Sequence record: NZ_CP012741.1
Length of the DNA: 64,000 nt
Direction: 5' to 3' (one strand)
Origin: a plasmid
This document shows, piece after piece, positions 8,147 to 18,768 of the stretch (position 1 is its first letter; each line of letters begins with the position of its first letter). The position numbers and the translations under genes are program-made. The notes below the pieces were generated by a model, which saw nothing but the letters and a program-made list of their open reading frames with translations, did no database searches and was not told the DNA's origin.

Positions 8147-11100
8147 TTATCGTTCTAACTCTCTGTCGATTTCTCTGTCCTCCCAATCACTTTCTTTCTC
8201 TTGATGTTCAAAGTTCATCTCTTGCTGAGGTGAATATTCTTTTGGCTCAAAGTGTTCAAGTGATTGGCTATCGGTTTCTTTTTTCTCATCAAAGTTCAAT
8301 GTATCTAATCCACTTTCTTGATGAGTGGAATGTGTTTCACTTAATTCAATATCGTGTACGATGTTGTCCCTCTCTAGTTTTTCAATGCACGCCTTAATGT
8401 CTTCCTTGAGATTATCATCTGACATGAATTGAATATCTCTTCCATTGAAGTTTTCGATGATTTTCTCAATGTTATTTGGGTTTAAGTCGTGATTGCCTTG
8501 GTTTAGTACAATAATGATGTTCTGTCTCAGTTCATCGATGTTGATGTTTTGAATGTCGTTCTTGTGATTGACATTAATAATGTCAATTTGTCCTTGTGTT
8601 TGCTCTCGAATTAAAAATGAATTTTCAATCGAGGTGCTGATGATGGTCGTGTTTAAATTCTCTCCTTGGTGAAAATTTGTTAACTGTTTGGATTTGGTGC
8701 CCAGCGTTCTTGGATTAATGTCTAGCGTGTTATCTCTATTTCCTTGTGAATCTAAATAGGTTACTTCAATGGCTTTTGTTTCACCTTGTTTGTTGTGGAT
8801 GTTAGTTAACATGGCAGGGTGATAAGCTTTATCTTCGGATGAGTATACCGAAGGGTGAAATTTCACATTGTCGTTTTCAATGTTATTAATACCAAGGCTG
8901 TTTAAGTACGTCTGCGCCAAAGTGTTATTGATCGGCTGGCTTTGACTTATGTACTCTTTGGCTCTTTCTTCAAACTTAGCAATATGCTTTGGTGTGGTGC
9001 TCAGTAATTTTTCGTGTTTGCTGTTTTCCTCTAGTTTGTATTTTTCTGGCTCATTGAGCATTTTATGGGCTTCATTCATCGCCTCTTTATAACTCATGCC
9101 GTTATGGCTCATCATTAGGTTGATGAGTGAGCCTTTTTCGCCCGTTGTGTAGTCTTTAAAATAACCACGATGCTCACCTGTTAAAGAGACTTTAATGGCG
9201 GATTTGCCGATGCCAAAGGTTAAGTAATCGCGGTCTGACTTGGATTGGTTTGGTCTGCCTAATAACTGAGTGGCAAGGCTTTCGGTGTATTTTGGTAGCT
9301 GTGTATTGATGTGCTCCCTAAATTTATTGTAGTCAAAGTCACCACTTTTATTTTGGAACCGGACGTCCTCATGCGGAAGCGCGTTTCGGTTAAAGTAGGT
9401 GGTGTCTTTGGGTGGAATTTGGTTAATGGTTTCAATGGCACTGGCTTTATGGCTTTCTTTGGATAGCCAACTTTTGACCAATTGTGTGGTGTTATCGGTA
9501 TAGAGTCGGATGTGTTGACTGGCACGGGTGACATCGATACCGGCGCGTCTTAGGTTGGTCAATGCGCCTTTGCTCTGAATGGCGGTAATGACATGGGGAT
9601 AGGTGGCCCCTTGCGCCATGTCGGCGGTTCGACTGTAAGCGTAATCCCAATGCCCATCTTTAAGCTCGCTCGGGTTGATGGTAAGCGTCTCTCCTGTTTT
9701 CGTTTGCGCAATGATGCCGTCTGAGCTTGCTTGTGTGATGCGATATTCCACGTTGGCTTTAATGTCACGGCTTTTATCGGTAAAGCGTGTCACTATCTTA
9801 TCGCCCGTTGAAAGTGGCTTTTCTGACACGCTAAACAGTGTCGTGAAGGTATGATCTCGATGACGAGGTAAGAAGGGCTTGCTCTTACCATTTTGATCCT
9901 GGAGCGTCACCACGCCATGCTCTGAATCTACGTGGGTAATAGTGGTGTATTCCCCAGGCTTGGTACTCAGTACCAAGCCTTTTTGGTAGGGCATCATGGT
10001 AGACAGTTCTTCCCCTGTTGCCCCGATAGAGCGCAGCCTGGTGGTGATGATGTTTTCTTTGCCTATTTCTTGGGTTTTCATTAATCCGACACGGATGTGT
10101 TCGGTGATGGTGTCACGCTCCTTGTTGGTGTACGCGATGATAAGCGTATTCTCTCGCGCCTCTGGAGTGCGCTCTAGATAATCTTTGGCCACAACAAAAG
10201 GCAGCTTTTCAGTGGCTTCTAACTGCGCTTTGCGTCTGTCTTTGTTGTTTTCATCCAGCGTAGAAATGACATGTTGGCGGTTGCCTTGACTGTCAGGGGC
10301 TTGCTGCTGGAGTTTGTCCAGGGCGCTTTGAGGCTGCTTATCAATGGTGTTTTGCGCCGCATTCAGTAAGGGGTCGTTTTGCTGACGAATGATGTCTGTC
10401 ATGTACGCGGTATCGATATCGCCTTTACTTATGGCCAGCTCAAACGGCTTACCGGCGCTAAGGGACAATAGCTGCTCTTTATCACCTAAAAGTACCGCTT
10501 TGGACTGACTGGCATTGACCAGTTCGGTAAACTCCTTAGCTTGTTTGTTGCTGACCATCGAGCTTTCATCAAGAAAGAACAGGGTGTGTTGATAATCGCT
10601 GGCGTCTCGATTGCCTTGCCTGATATCGGACAGCAAACTTTCCAGCGTTTGTGCTTTTACCCCTTTGCTTTCAAGCTCTGCCACGGCGGCGTGAGTGGGC
10701 GCAAGTCCAATCACGTTTTGCTCGGGCAACTTGCTGGCTTCTCTCACCAATTGGATAAGCTCAATGTTGGACTCTAGCATGGTGGACTTACCCGTGCCGG
10801 CTAAACCTTGAATGGCCACAAAGCTGTCTTGAGTGGTTGAGGTTAGCGTGATGGCGTCCTTTTGTCCGTGGGTTAAGCGAGGTTTGGTATCGAGAAAGGT
10901 TTGCACCTGCTTAGGGGTAGCAAAAGGCTGATGTCGGTCTTTGCCATCGACGATGTTTTGCAAGATGCGTTTTTCCGTCTCTAGCGCCGCTTGTGTCGTC
11001 CAGCGTGTCCCGTCGCTGTATTCCGCAGAGAGTGTGTCACTGCGTTTGGCCAGATCGATTTCAATTTGGTCTTTGGTGATAGAGCCACCGGCTTCTTCAA

Positions 11101-13921
11101 AAGCGTAACGAACCGCTTCGACCACTAATGCTTTTTGGCTAAATGCCGCCTCTCGCTCTGAAAGGTGGTTAAGGGCAAAGCTGACCGCTTTCTCGATGAG
11201 AGGGGTGTTTTGCACTTTCGCCAGTGCCGATAACGCCTGACTGACATCTTGTTTTAACAAAGCTTGGGTGGTGTCGTTTAGGTAACGGTCATTGACGTTT
11301 TGTGTCTGTAAGACACGCTCAATCGCTGACGGGGAAACTTGCTCTTTTTCCAATGCGCTTTGGGCTTTATCGGGTTTATCGGTGAAGATATCAAGTCGCT
11401 GCGTTTTTTCGGTCAGATCATTTATCAGTGGTTTAGAAAGGGTAAACGCTTTGGCTGAGAGTAAGGTATGCGCCTTTTTCTCAATATGGCTGGCACCTCG
11501 GACGTAATCATATTGCAAAGGTGCGTCTTTTAGACTTTCTAAGCTTAGGTGTTGTGACTTGCCTTCGCTTTCTAGCGTGATACCTGTCTTATTGATATTG
11601 GTGACAAGGTAACTTTGATTGGTGTCCAAACCGGAGGGGTAGTGCTTTCCTAACGTACTAAGGCGCTCACCTTTGGCAATGTTCAAACTTTGCGGTTTAC
11701 TGATTTGCATCTTCATGGCTTTAAAAGCCCGAGTGGATGGGTCGAACGTGTGTGACTGTCCGTCGTGTTTGCTGAGTGTTGTCATGGTATTGCTCTCTTT
11801 ATCGATACTGGCAATAACAAAACTTTGAGGTTTGCCTTTGTCCCAATGAGTCAGCGTCATGCCAGGCTTGTAGTGTTGAACGAGCGGTTGCTGCGCTTTA
11901 GAGAGGTAGTGGGGGACTTGAGTGAACAGCGTCGTTTCATGGCGAGAAAGCGTGCCGGTGTTTTTGAGTCTATCCCGAATGGCTTCGGTTAATCGCCGTT
12001 GCTCGACACTGGATGTTGCTATCACTTGTGTGTTCGCTTTATCGGGGAGGTCAGCGTAAACGCGCGCTATCCTATCGGTATCACTCTCATGCAGTTTTAC
12101 GTCTGTTTCGATGGGTTTACTGCTCACCCAAGTATGGCTCTCCACATTGCCTTTTTGATACAGCGAGATAGCGTTATTGGCTTTAAAACCTTGACGGCTA
12201 GAAACACGGTTTAGCATTACCACTTTGCTGTTTGATTGCTTGGCTTTATCGGTCAGCGCTAACAGTTCATTGGCGCTCATCTTGTTGGCGTCATCGATGA
12301 GCAAGACGTCCTTGTTCGTGAGTGGTATATCACTTTGCAGTAAGCTATGGGTGGTGTGGCGCTGCTCTGGGGAAAACACATTGGCTATCCATGTCCCAAG
12401 GGTTTGGCTTTTGCGCTGTACGTTCTCCATCCCTTCTGCTTTGGTTTTGGCACTTTGTGAGACAAACTGAACCCGTTTACCACTGTGATTACCCGCGTTA
12501 AGCAACTGCTGAGCAATCCCTTGTGATGAGCCATGCACATTCACCACATGGAACTGTTTGGTGGAGTGGTACAATTCGGTAAGAAGACGCTGCTGGCTTT
12601 CAGGAATAGCCAGTTTATTGAGCATCTTGGGTTCAACGTGAGTACGCATATGGTGCGCTCGTCCTTGAGTGCTGTCGATAAGCGCCTTCTCGTTGTCAAT
12701 TAAGCCTTTGGTGGTGTATTGCCCTTTTTGGCTAAGTCCTATCAACTCTCCTGTTTTTATCATCTCATCGGCGGCTTTTTTGATATCAAGTGCGTTTAAT
12801 TGCACGGCCCCTTTAGTGAATTCTGAGGCGGTGAGTTCAATGATTTTTTCTAGATGCAAAGCGGTGCTGTATTGACCTAAGTGGTCGATGGCTCTGCTGA
12901 TGGCGGCTTTCGTTTCATCGAGCGAGGGTATTGTTTGTTGCTCCTTTGCTTTCTGCGCAAGACCAACGAGTTGAGAGGGCTCATACCCTTGTTCTCTGGC
13001 GGTGTTCTGCCACCGTTTATTGAGGCTATCATTGCTTTGATAGGTTTTGCTTTTACGGGTGTCTAGAGTGGCCACATCGCGAGCGGCGCGAGACTCAAAT
13101 CCCAAATCGAGCGTGCGCTGGTCAATTTGTTGTTTGCGAGTTGAGGAAGCGTCAATAATGGATTGAGGCACGCCACTGACTTCAAACTGGCCATTGCCGA
13201 CGCCTCGCGTTGCATAGCCTAAGTCCTGTGCCTCTTTTGCTAGTTGGCTTTGGTATAAGATGCCGTAGTATTTTTGGAAGTTGTAGATGCGCTCGCCAGT
13301 GCCGTTAATGACGCCCCCTTTTTGTTTGATGCTAGATGCCAGCGTGCGAAGTTGCCCTTCTTGATCGCGGGTCATATTGGCCGCTAGAGCGTGAGAATGG
13401 ACTTGCATGTCATTTTCACGGCTGGTCTTATGGCGCACGACCGCAAATATCATGGAGTTTGTATTGTGGAACTCACGCTCTCCTTCTTTGTTGATGGTGG
13501 TGATTTGCGCCACGTCTTTCTCAAGCTCTGTGAGAGCGAATTTAACCGCGTTGTTATGCGCTTCAATAAGGCGGGTGTCACCGCCAGTAAGCGCAAGAAT
13601 GCTGATGGATTTAGGAGCGGAAAAGGTGAGATCAAATCCTGATTTATGATCGTCTCGCTTCCCCTTGATGGTTTCATCGCCAAGGTTACCTGATAGCACT
13701 GACTCTAATGTGCTTTGGTCCACGGCTTTGCCAGCCAGTCCCGCCTCGACAGCAAGCTTGCCGTGCCAGAAGGTGTTTTCTCCCTGATCTTTTTCTTTGA
13801 GGTAGTAGTTGTCACCGGCATCTTTCTCTAAAGAGACATCTGGCAGATCTTTGGGGTTTTCTTCGCTGAGGTAGTATTTTGCAGCGCCAGACGCGGATTT
13901 GAGTGGGCTAATAGAAAGCAT
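8147..13921 (-). CDS. traI: TraI relaxase-helicase (MOBF, F-like), 1924 aa; start adjusted to MLSISPLKSASGAAKYY, unusually long low-complexity N/I/E/D-rich C-terminal tail
   Basis: N-terminus aligns with F TraI (MMSIAQVRSAGSAGNYY; GFDLTFSAPKSIS ~ GYDLTFSAPKSVS; HSHALAAN ~ HTHAVVAN); helicase Walker motifs GLAGTGKST; SD aagga before ATG at 13921. Confidence 0.9.
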   Translation of the reverse strand: MLSISPLKSASGAAKYYLSEENPKDLPDVSLEKDAGDNYYLKEKDQGENTFWHGKLAVEAGLAGKAVDQSTLESVLSGNLGDETIKGKRDDHKSGFDLTFSAPKSISILALTGGDTRLIEAHNNAVKFALTELEKDVAQITTINKEGEREFHNTNSMIFAVVRHKTSRENDMQVHSHALAANMTRDQEGQLRTLASSIKQKGGVINGTGERIYNFQKYYGILYQSQLAKEAQDLGYATRGVGNGQFEVSGVPQSIIDASSTRKQQIDQRTLDLGFESRAARDVATLDTRKSKTYQSNDSLNKRWQNTAREQGYEPSQLVGLAQKAKEQQTIPSLDETKAAISRAIDHLGQYSTALHLEKIIELTASEFTKGAVQLNALDIKKAADEMIKTGELIGLSQKGQYTTKGLIDNEKALIDSTQGRAHHMRTHVEPKMLNKLAIPESQQRLLTELYHSTKQFHVVNVHGSSQGIAQQLLNAGNHSGKRVQFVSQSAKTKAEGMENVQRKSQTLGTWIANVFSPEQRHTTHSLLQSDIPLTNKDVLLIDDANKMSANELLALTDKAKQSNSKVVMLNRVSSRQGFKANNAISLYQKGNVESHTWVSSKPIETDVKLHESDTDRIARVYADLPDKANTQVIATSSVEQRRLTEAIRDRLKNTGTLSRHETTLFTQVPHYLSKAQQPLVQHYKPGMTLTHWDKGKPQSFVIASIDKESNTMTTLSKHDGQSHTFDPSTRAFKAMKMQISKPQSLNIAKGERLSTLGKHYPSGLDTNQSYLVTNINKTGITLESEGKSQHLSLESLKDAPLQYDYVRGASHIEKKAHTLLSAKAFTLSKPLINDLTEKTQRLDIFTDKPDKAQSALEKEQVSPSAIERVLQTQNVNDRYLNDTTQALLKQDVSQALSALAKVQNTPLIEKAVSFALNHLSEREAAFSQKALVVEAVRYAFEEAGGSITKDQIEIDLAKRSDTLSAEYSDGTRWTTQAALETEKRILQNIVDGKDRHQPFATPKQVQTFLDTKPRLTHGQKDAITLTSTTQDSFVAIQGLAGTGKSTMLESNIELIQLVREASKLPEQNVIGLAPTHAAVAELESKGVKAQTLESLLSDIRQGNRDASDYQHTLFFLDESSMVSNKQAKEFTELVNASQSKAVLLGDKEQLLSLSAGKPFELAISKGDIDTAYMTDIIRQQNDPLLNAAQNTIDKQPQSALDKLQQQAPDSQGNRQHVISTLDENNKDRRKAQLEATEKLPFVVAKDYLERTPEARENTLIIAYTNKERDTITEHIRVGLMKTQEIGKENIITTRLRSIGATGEELSTMMPYQKGLVLSTKPGEYTTITHVDSEHGVVTLQDQNGKSKPFLPRHRDHTFTTLFSVSEKPLSTGDKIVTRFTDKSRDIKANVEYRITQASSDGIIAQTKTGETLTINPSELKDGHWDYAYSRTADMAQGATYPHVITAIQSKGALTNLRRAGIDVTRASQHIRLYTDNTTQLVKSWLSKESHKASAIETINQIPPKDTTYFNRNALPHEDVRFQNKSGDFDYNKFREHINTQLPKYTESLATQLLGRPNQSKSDRDYLTFGIGKSAIKVSLTGEHRGYFKDYTTGEKGSLINLMMSHNGMSYKEAMNEAHKMLNEPEKYKLEENSKHEKLLSTTPKHIAKFEERAKEYISQSQPINNTLAQTYLNSLGINNIENDNVKFHPSVYSSEDKAYHPAMLTNIHNKQGETKAIEVTYLDSQGNRDNTLDINPRTLGTKSKQLTNFHQGENLNTTIISTSIENSFLIREQTQGQIDIINVNHKNDIQNINIDELRQNIIIVLNQGNHDLNPNNIEKIIENFNGRDIQFMSDDNLKEDIKACIEKLERDNIVHDIELSETHSTHQESGLDTLNFDEKKETDSQSLEHFEPKEYSPQQEMNFEHQEKESDWEDREIDRELER

Positions 13922-14133
13922 GGGTATTTTCCTTATGAAAATACCGCGAGCCAAAAAAGTGCACCCAAAACGAGCAGAATCAACTAACAAGATTAAAGAG
14001 AATGGCCATTCTCTTTAATACTACAAAGGAGGTAAGACCTGTTTGGTTGATAAGTTTTGGGTGCGATAGGGGTATATCAGAAAAATGAGTTTTGGCTAGC
14101 GGCTAGGAGGTGGAGTAGATGTCGTGAGTAATG

Positions 14134-14643
14134 TTATTGCAGCTCTTTTAGCCGCAATGTATTCATTTTGCTTGAATAATGCACAAAATCAGTGGGTGGT
14201 GTATCGGTTGCAGAACAAAAAATATTGAGACAGTTTTGTATCTTTTCTAATGATTCATCATGTCCAGTTAACGATGCGGGTGCTCTTACTGATAGTTCTT
14301 GGTGTGTGATTGTTAGTATTTCTTCTAGTGCATTGGGATCTATCTTGTTTTTAATACCAATATCGTCTAACGAACTAACAATGATGTTGATCGCGAAAAA
14401 AACCATGCGATTTAATTCCCTATAAGCCTCTGAATACAATAAAGTTGGATGTATTTCTGTGACTTGCTTTGTCGCGATTTGATTGACTATTTCCCAGTAC
14501 TGTTCATCGATGTTGCTACCACGAGTGAAATGCGCGGTTATGGTTTCCTCCCAGTAGGGTATATCGATAAAATGGCGTTTTAATTCTTCCATACACCAGT
14601 TGACGTCTTGTTCAAATTGAGGGGTATCAATGTGTTTTTTCAT
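14134..14643 (-). CDS. hypothetical protein (169 aa) between traD and traI (trbH-like position), AT-rich
   Basis: ORF track; local GC is lower than the flanking tra genes. Confidence 0.45.
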   Translation of the reverse strand: MKKHIDTPQFEQDVNWCMEELKRHFIDIPYWEETITAHFTRGSNIDEQYWEIVNQIATKQVTEIHPTLLYSEAYRELNRMVFFAINIIVSSLDDIGIKNKIDPNALEEILTITHQELSVRAPASLTGHDESLEKIQNCLNIFCSATDTPPTDFVHYSSKMNTLRLKELQ

Positions 14644-14773
14644 TTTCTTTCCTTATGCAAGGCAAATTGCCGCTGGCAGCAACGCTGAGCGGTGTGTAGT
14701 GGCTAAAATGAAATTAAAAAGCCTTGCTGTAACAAGGCTTGGATGAGCATGAAAATGGAGAAGAACCTCTGTT

Positions 14774-16879
14774 CTAATCCACCATTTCTTCTGTGCTCAT
14801 TTGGATATCTTGGGAGATAGCGGCTTCTTCCAACTCTTGCTGAGCTCGCTCTTGATAGTCGCCATCGGATTTGAGTTTTTCCGCATCCTCGGTGGCCAGC
14901 TCTTTGACTGTATCACTTCGCTGCGCCTCTCTGATTTGGTCTGTTTCCAGCTTCATCTCTTCGGGTGTTTCAAACTGCTTGGCTTGGATTTCGGTCAATG
15001 CATTGCGATCTTCGTCATTGAGGAAAATGCCAGGTGCAACACACTCACAATAAATCGCTTCTTCATACGCTTTGGTCATCGCCGGTGATGGGGTGTAATC
15101 GCGTTTGATAAAGGCGGCGCTGACATCTCGCATCTTATCAAAGTGCAAATCCAGTTGAGTGATGAAACTGCTGCCTGGTACGCGAAGGTAGCATTGCAAA
15201 TCATCCATGGCTTGAATTTCGCTACTCGATACGACAGGGCGGGTGATGGTTTGGTGGCCAATCGATACCCCATCACGCAACGTATTCGCACCGTAAGAGA
15301 TGTTTTCTCTTGATACATCGACTTCTTGTTCGCCCAAATCTTTGGAGGAGATTTGCGCCATCTGCGCCGAAGGTGCGCGGAAGTAAAAGCGAGAGTTGAG
15401 CAAATCAAAAATTACATCTGCGGTGTTTTTGCCGTAGGTTTTCACCAGTTGCGCATACGACTGGAGACCAATCACATAACAGCCACCAAACTTACGTACC
15501 TCAGCAATGATGCTATCGAGTTCTGGCAGTTTATGCAGACTTGGCATTTCATCCATAATCACCCAAATCCGTCGGTCGTCATCTGGATCGAGTCCTAAGA
15601 TGGCGTTAGATGCAATCGCCAGCCAAGTCGAAATCAATGGTCTCAAGGAAGCGTGTTGTTGTGCGTTACTCGATAAGAACAAAAAACCTCGTTGTTTATC
15701 ATCGAGCACCCAATCGGTGATGGAAAACGGCTGGCGTTTGAGCTTGCCGTGCTCATCTTTTTCATCCAGTCCATCCAGAAAGCGCAAACTCTTAATGTAG
15801 GTGGCCAAAACGGATTTAATCGAGATGGCGGTTTTTTTGATGTCTTTAGAGACAAGAGATGCCGATTCTGTACCTTGTAAAAAGTTACCGAGGGTTTCGA
15901 GCTCTGAGGTGAGGATCAGACTAAGCAATCTTGCGGTCGAGCAAGGCTTATTGTCTTGGCTCATGCGATACGCGGTACTAGAGAAAATGGTACGAGCGGA
16001 ATCTACCCAGAACGGATCACCTTCACCGTGCTGTGGAATAAGGGCATTGGCAATGTTCTCAAAGTCAGGGGCTTCCTTGGCATCGCACCACACATCCCAA
16101 TTGGCGCAGCGCTCATCAAATGGGTTGAGTAAGATATCTTGGCTAGGGTCAAAAAACTTACTGGTGAAGGTGCAGCCCTTATCATAAACAATCGCTTTGT
16201 CGCCTCGTTTGCGTATCCAGCGCAGTAGTTTGCGCAGCATGACAGATTTACCTGCTCCGGTCGTGCCATCGATGAGTATGTGCTGAACTTCAAATTCATG
16301 CTTAAACAAGGCAAGGCCATCGACTTTAAAATCAGAAATCTTTCCGTTGCCTACGCCTTGTTTTTTCAGCTTTTTGGCACGCTGTTTTAAATCTTGAGTG
16401 AGTCTTTTGGGCTCTGCGTATTGAAATCCCCGAACGTGAAGATCTTCACTTTGCTTTTCCCCCTGGCGTTTGAAAAAGGTCATTGCGCCCATCAAGATAG
16501 CGAAAGCAATCGCGAGGGCAATTAAGAAATTGATTTGGGCTTGGCGTATGACGTTGTCGTAAAGGGTAATGAGCTGTGTGTTTTCGAGCTGTGAGGCAAG
16601 GGTGCCAACGTAGCGCTTACCATTCCAGAAGGTCGTTACTTCACTGTTTAAGTCATGGCCAAGGTTGGCATAGAGTTGGTTGCGCCAGTAGTAGAATACA
16701 GACCAAAAGGCATTGTCAGGGGCGCGCAACCAGGTGAGAAATCCGGTTAACGCAATCACCGCCCAAATAGCAGCGTAAACTAAGGTATTGTTGACTTGAA
16801 AGAACATTCGGATGGAGTGAAAGGTGATTTGTCCACCACGGGTAAAATGATTGCCTTTGGAGCGTGAAGGTCTAGACAT
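14774..16879 (-). CDS. traD: TraD type IV coupling protein
   Basis: GGQITFHSIRMFFQVNNTLVY ~ F TraD [21 protein letters not shown]; Walker A GTTGAGKS; acidic C-terminus. Confidence 0.9.
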   Translation of the reverse strand: MSRPSRSKGNHFTRGGQITFHSIRMFFQVNNTLVYAAIWAVIALTGFLTWLRAPDNAFWSVFYYWRNQLYANLGHDLNSEVTTFWNGKRYVGTLASQLENTQLITLYDNVIRQAQINFLIALAIAFAILMGAMTFFKRQGEKQSEDLHVRGFQYAEPKRLTQDLKQRAKKLKKQGVGNGKISDFKVDGLALFKHEFEVQHILIDGTTGAGKSVMLRKLLRWIRKRGDKAIVYDKGCTFTSKFFDPSQDILLNPFDERCANWDVWCDAKEAPDFENIANALIPQHGEGDPFWVDSARTIFSSTAYRMSQDNKPCSTARLLSLILTSELETLGNFLQGTESASLVSKDIKKTAISIKSVLATYIKSLRFLDGLDEKDEHGKLKRQPFSITDWVLDDKQRGFLFLSSNAQQHASLRPLISTWLAIASNAILGLDPDDDRRIWVIMDEMPSLHKLPELDSIIAEVRKFGGCYVIGLQSYAQLVKTYGKNTADVIFDLLNSRFYFRAPSAQMAQISSKDLGEQEVDVSRENISYGANTLRDGVSIGHQTITRPVVSSSEIQAMDDLQCYLRVPGSSFITQLDLHFDKMRDVSAAFIKRDYTPSPAMTKAYEEAIYCECVAPGIFLNDEDRNALTEIQAKQFETPEEMKLETDQIREAQRSDTVKELATEDAEKLKSDGDYQERAQQELEEAAISQDIQMSTEEMVD

Positions 16880-16953
16880 GGTGATTTCCTATAGTGTTAA
16901 AGTAATACTGAATGATTATTGGTTGATGATATTGCTGTGCAGGGGGGCTGATA

Positions 16954-17492
16954 TGAAAACAAAATTCACACATGCAGAAGTAGCCAAGCTGCCTTTTGCT
17001 CGTCGTGTTCTTTATATGGGAAGCAATATCAAGAAGGAAAAACTGATTGATGCAGAAGGTAAATATTGGCATATCACCGATGTGTATCTCCCCGACGTGG
17101 TGGGAAGTCTAGATCCGCGACATGCTGGCAGGACGTGGTTGGCTTTATTTCCTTGCACTGATGAGCCTTACGGTCTCGAACGCGGTCAGCGTTATGCTCA
17201 GTACCTTCACAACAACCATGATTACTATTTTTCTGAAGAAGAAAAACGAAACTGGTTTCTTTGTAATATTGATGGAGAACTTTATATTGATGACGGGCAT
17301 CACCGGACAGTAATTGGTCGTGTATTTTTGGAGGCAAATGGTTTTGAGCCTGTCATTAAAGGCGTCCTCATTGCTTATTACACTGGAGGGTTAATCCATC
17401 GTATTCGTATTTTCCCGCGCCGCTTCAAACACCGATTGATAAGTCGTTTCAATGTCTTCAAGCGAAAGATAGGTAGAAGGACCATTTCTTGA
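16954..17492 (+). CDS. ParB/Srx-fold-like protein with IDDGHHRT motif (DGQHR/DGQQR-like), transcribed divergently from traD
   Basis: ORF track 16851-17492; start adjusted to MKTKF with SD gggggg; motif resemblance only; C-terminal ~40 aa may be spurious (overlaps 17391-17981). Confidence 0.4.
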
Positions 17493-17981
17493 TCCCCATC
17501 GAGTTCTTGGTAGTGCTTTCCATATCGTGTCATCATCGATGCCGAGTTTTCGGTAGTGCTCAATTAATGCCACGTCGATGCACTCTCCTTTTTTATGACA
17601 CTGGCTGCACCATGAAGTATCAGCAACCAAATAACCGTAGTGCTTGAATAACCCTGGTGCGCAGTTATCACACACCTGACAAGGAAAGGCTTGTTGCTCA
17701 GGATGGTTCATCGCAGAGAAAAACGAAGCCGGACCAAGATTAAAACAAGTCATTGGCGATAAGTGTGTTTTCAATAGTCGAGTGGCTTCTATACGGGAAA
17801 GTTTGAGTGGTTTGATGAGTGTTTTTAACTGATACGTTTTACTTTGGTCTGCAAGTAAAGACAAACGAATGTTTTGCTTATGGCATTGAGTTAAAAAGGT
17901 ATGGAGTTTGTCTTCTTGGGTTGCAGAGTCTTGAAATAAGAGTCTTTTAATTGCAGATGCCGCTTTGAGGATGGCGTTCAT
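17391..17981 (-). CDS. hypothetical Cys-cluster protein (CQVCDNC ... CSQCHKKGEC), 196 aa, upstream of traD
   Basis: ORF track; putative Zn/Fe-S binding cysteines; 100-bp convergent overlap with the 16954-17492 ORF. Confidence 0.4.
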   Translation of the reverse strand: MNAILKAASAIKRLLFQDSATQEDKLHTFLTQCHKQNIRLSLLADQSKTYQLKTLIKPLKLSRIEATRLLKTHLSPMTCFNLGPASFFSAMNHPEQQAFPCQVCDNCAPGLFKHYGYLVADTSWCSQCHKKGECIDVALIEHYRKLGIDDDTIWKALPRTRWGSRNGPSTYLSLEDIETTYQSVFEAARENTNTMD

Positions 17982-18575
17982 ATCACTTCCTTTGAATAAG
18001 AGTTGCAGGGGCGAACGGTTGTATTACGTTGTAAAGGCTCAATCAGGGAAACAAAGAGTCCCGTTTTTTTGAGCCGTTATTTTGATGAGTACACTTGCGT
18101 TAAATCCCTCTTTGAGAGGTTTTTGAGGTAGAAAAATATCGCTTTGTTACCGTGTTACAGTTACTGGTGTTAAAGGTGAAGATTAAGTAAGATGAGGGAG
18201 TTGCTTGGCGCTCATCGGAACAGGGAACGTTTTCTTTAGGGAAAAGTCTTGAGTTGCGAGAGTCTGAAATGCGCTTTCGCTGCCAAGCAGCCATGACGAT
18301 TAATCATGAATAGACGCTCTTATAACCAGTACTAGGCTCTCTCGCGTGCTGGTTTTTTTGCCTTAAATCTAGAGTGGGAACGAAAAAAGCCTTAGAATCG
18401 CCGTGGGTGCTTTTGGTGTTCGACCAAAAGTAGTTCGAAAGATTTGCTGGCGGTAGAAAATCAAAAACCCCGAATGAACTGTAAATTCAAACGAGGTTTT
18501 AGAAATGTTCCTAAGCAAAACAGATCTTAGCCTCTATCTCGATTTATTTCAATGCAAAATTGAAGGAGGCAAGTT

Positions 18576-18728
18576 ATGCCAAAAAGTACGATTGCATTTG
18601 CAAGCCTAGTGGTGGTGAGTCTCACCCTGCTTTGTTCTCTCTGGATAGTTCGTCACTCGCTTTGCGATGTGCGCTACTTAGATGAGAGAGTGGACTTTCA
18701 GGTAACCCTTGCCTACGAATCAAGATAG
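18576..18728 (+). CDS. hok: Hok/Gef-family type I toxin (50 aa) of a hok/sok-like post-segregational killing locus
   Basis: MPKSTIAFASLVVVSLTLLCSLWIVRHSLCDVRYLDERVDFQVTLAYESR vs Hok ...[37 protein letters not shown]; strong SD aaggagg; overlapping upstream 34-aa mok-like frame at 18504-18608. Confidence 0.8.
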   Translation: MPKSTIAFASLVVVSLTLLCSLWIVRHSLCDVRYLDERVDFQVTLAYESR

Positions 18729-18736
18729 TTGCTAGC

Positions 18737-18768
18737 CAGGGAGAGGGTCACAGGAAGCCCTCTCCCTG
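18737..18768. terminator. Perfect 11-bp stem hairpin (cagggagaggg-N10-ccctctccctg) directly after the hok stop; likely the stable 3' stem-loop of the hok mRNA, also closes the convergent 95-aa ORF
   Basis: Verified arms 18737-18747 and 18758-18768. Confidence 0.6.

Noticed and set aside
9259-13683. Multiple 60-130 aa ORFs on both strands inside traI (for example 9259-9534, 13391-13649)
   Set aside because: They lie entirely within the well-supported traI reading frame; antisense or alternate-frame artefacts.
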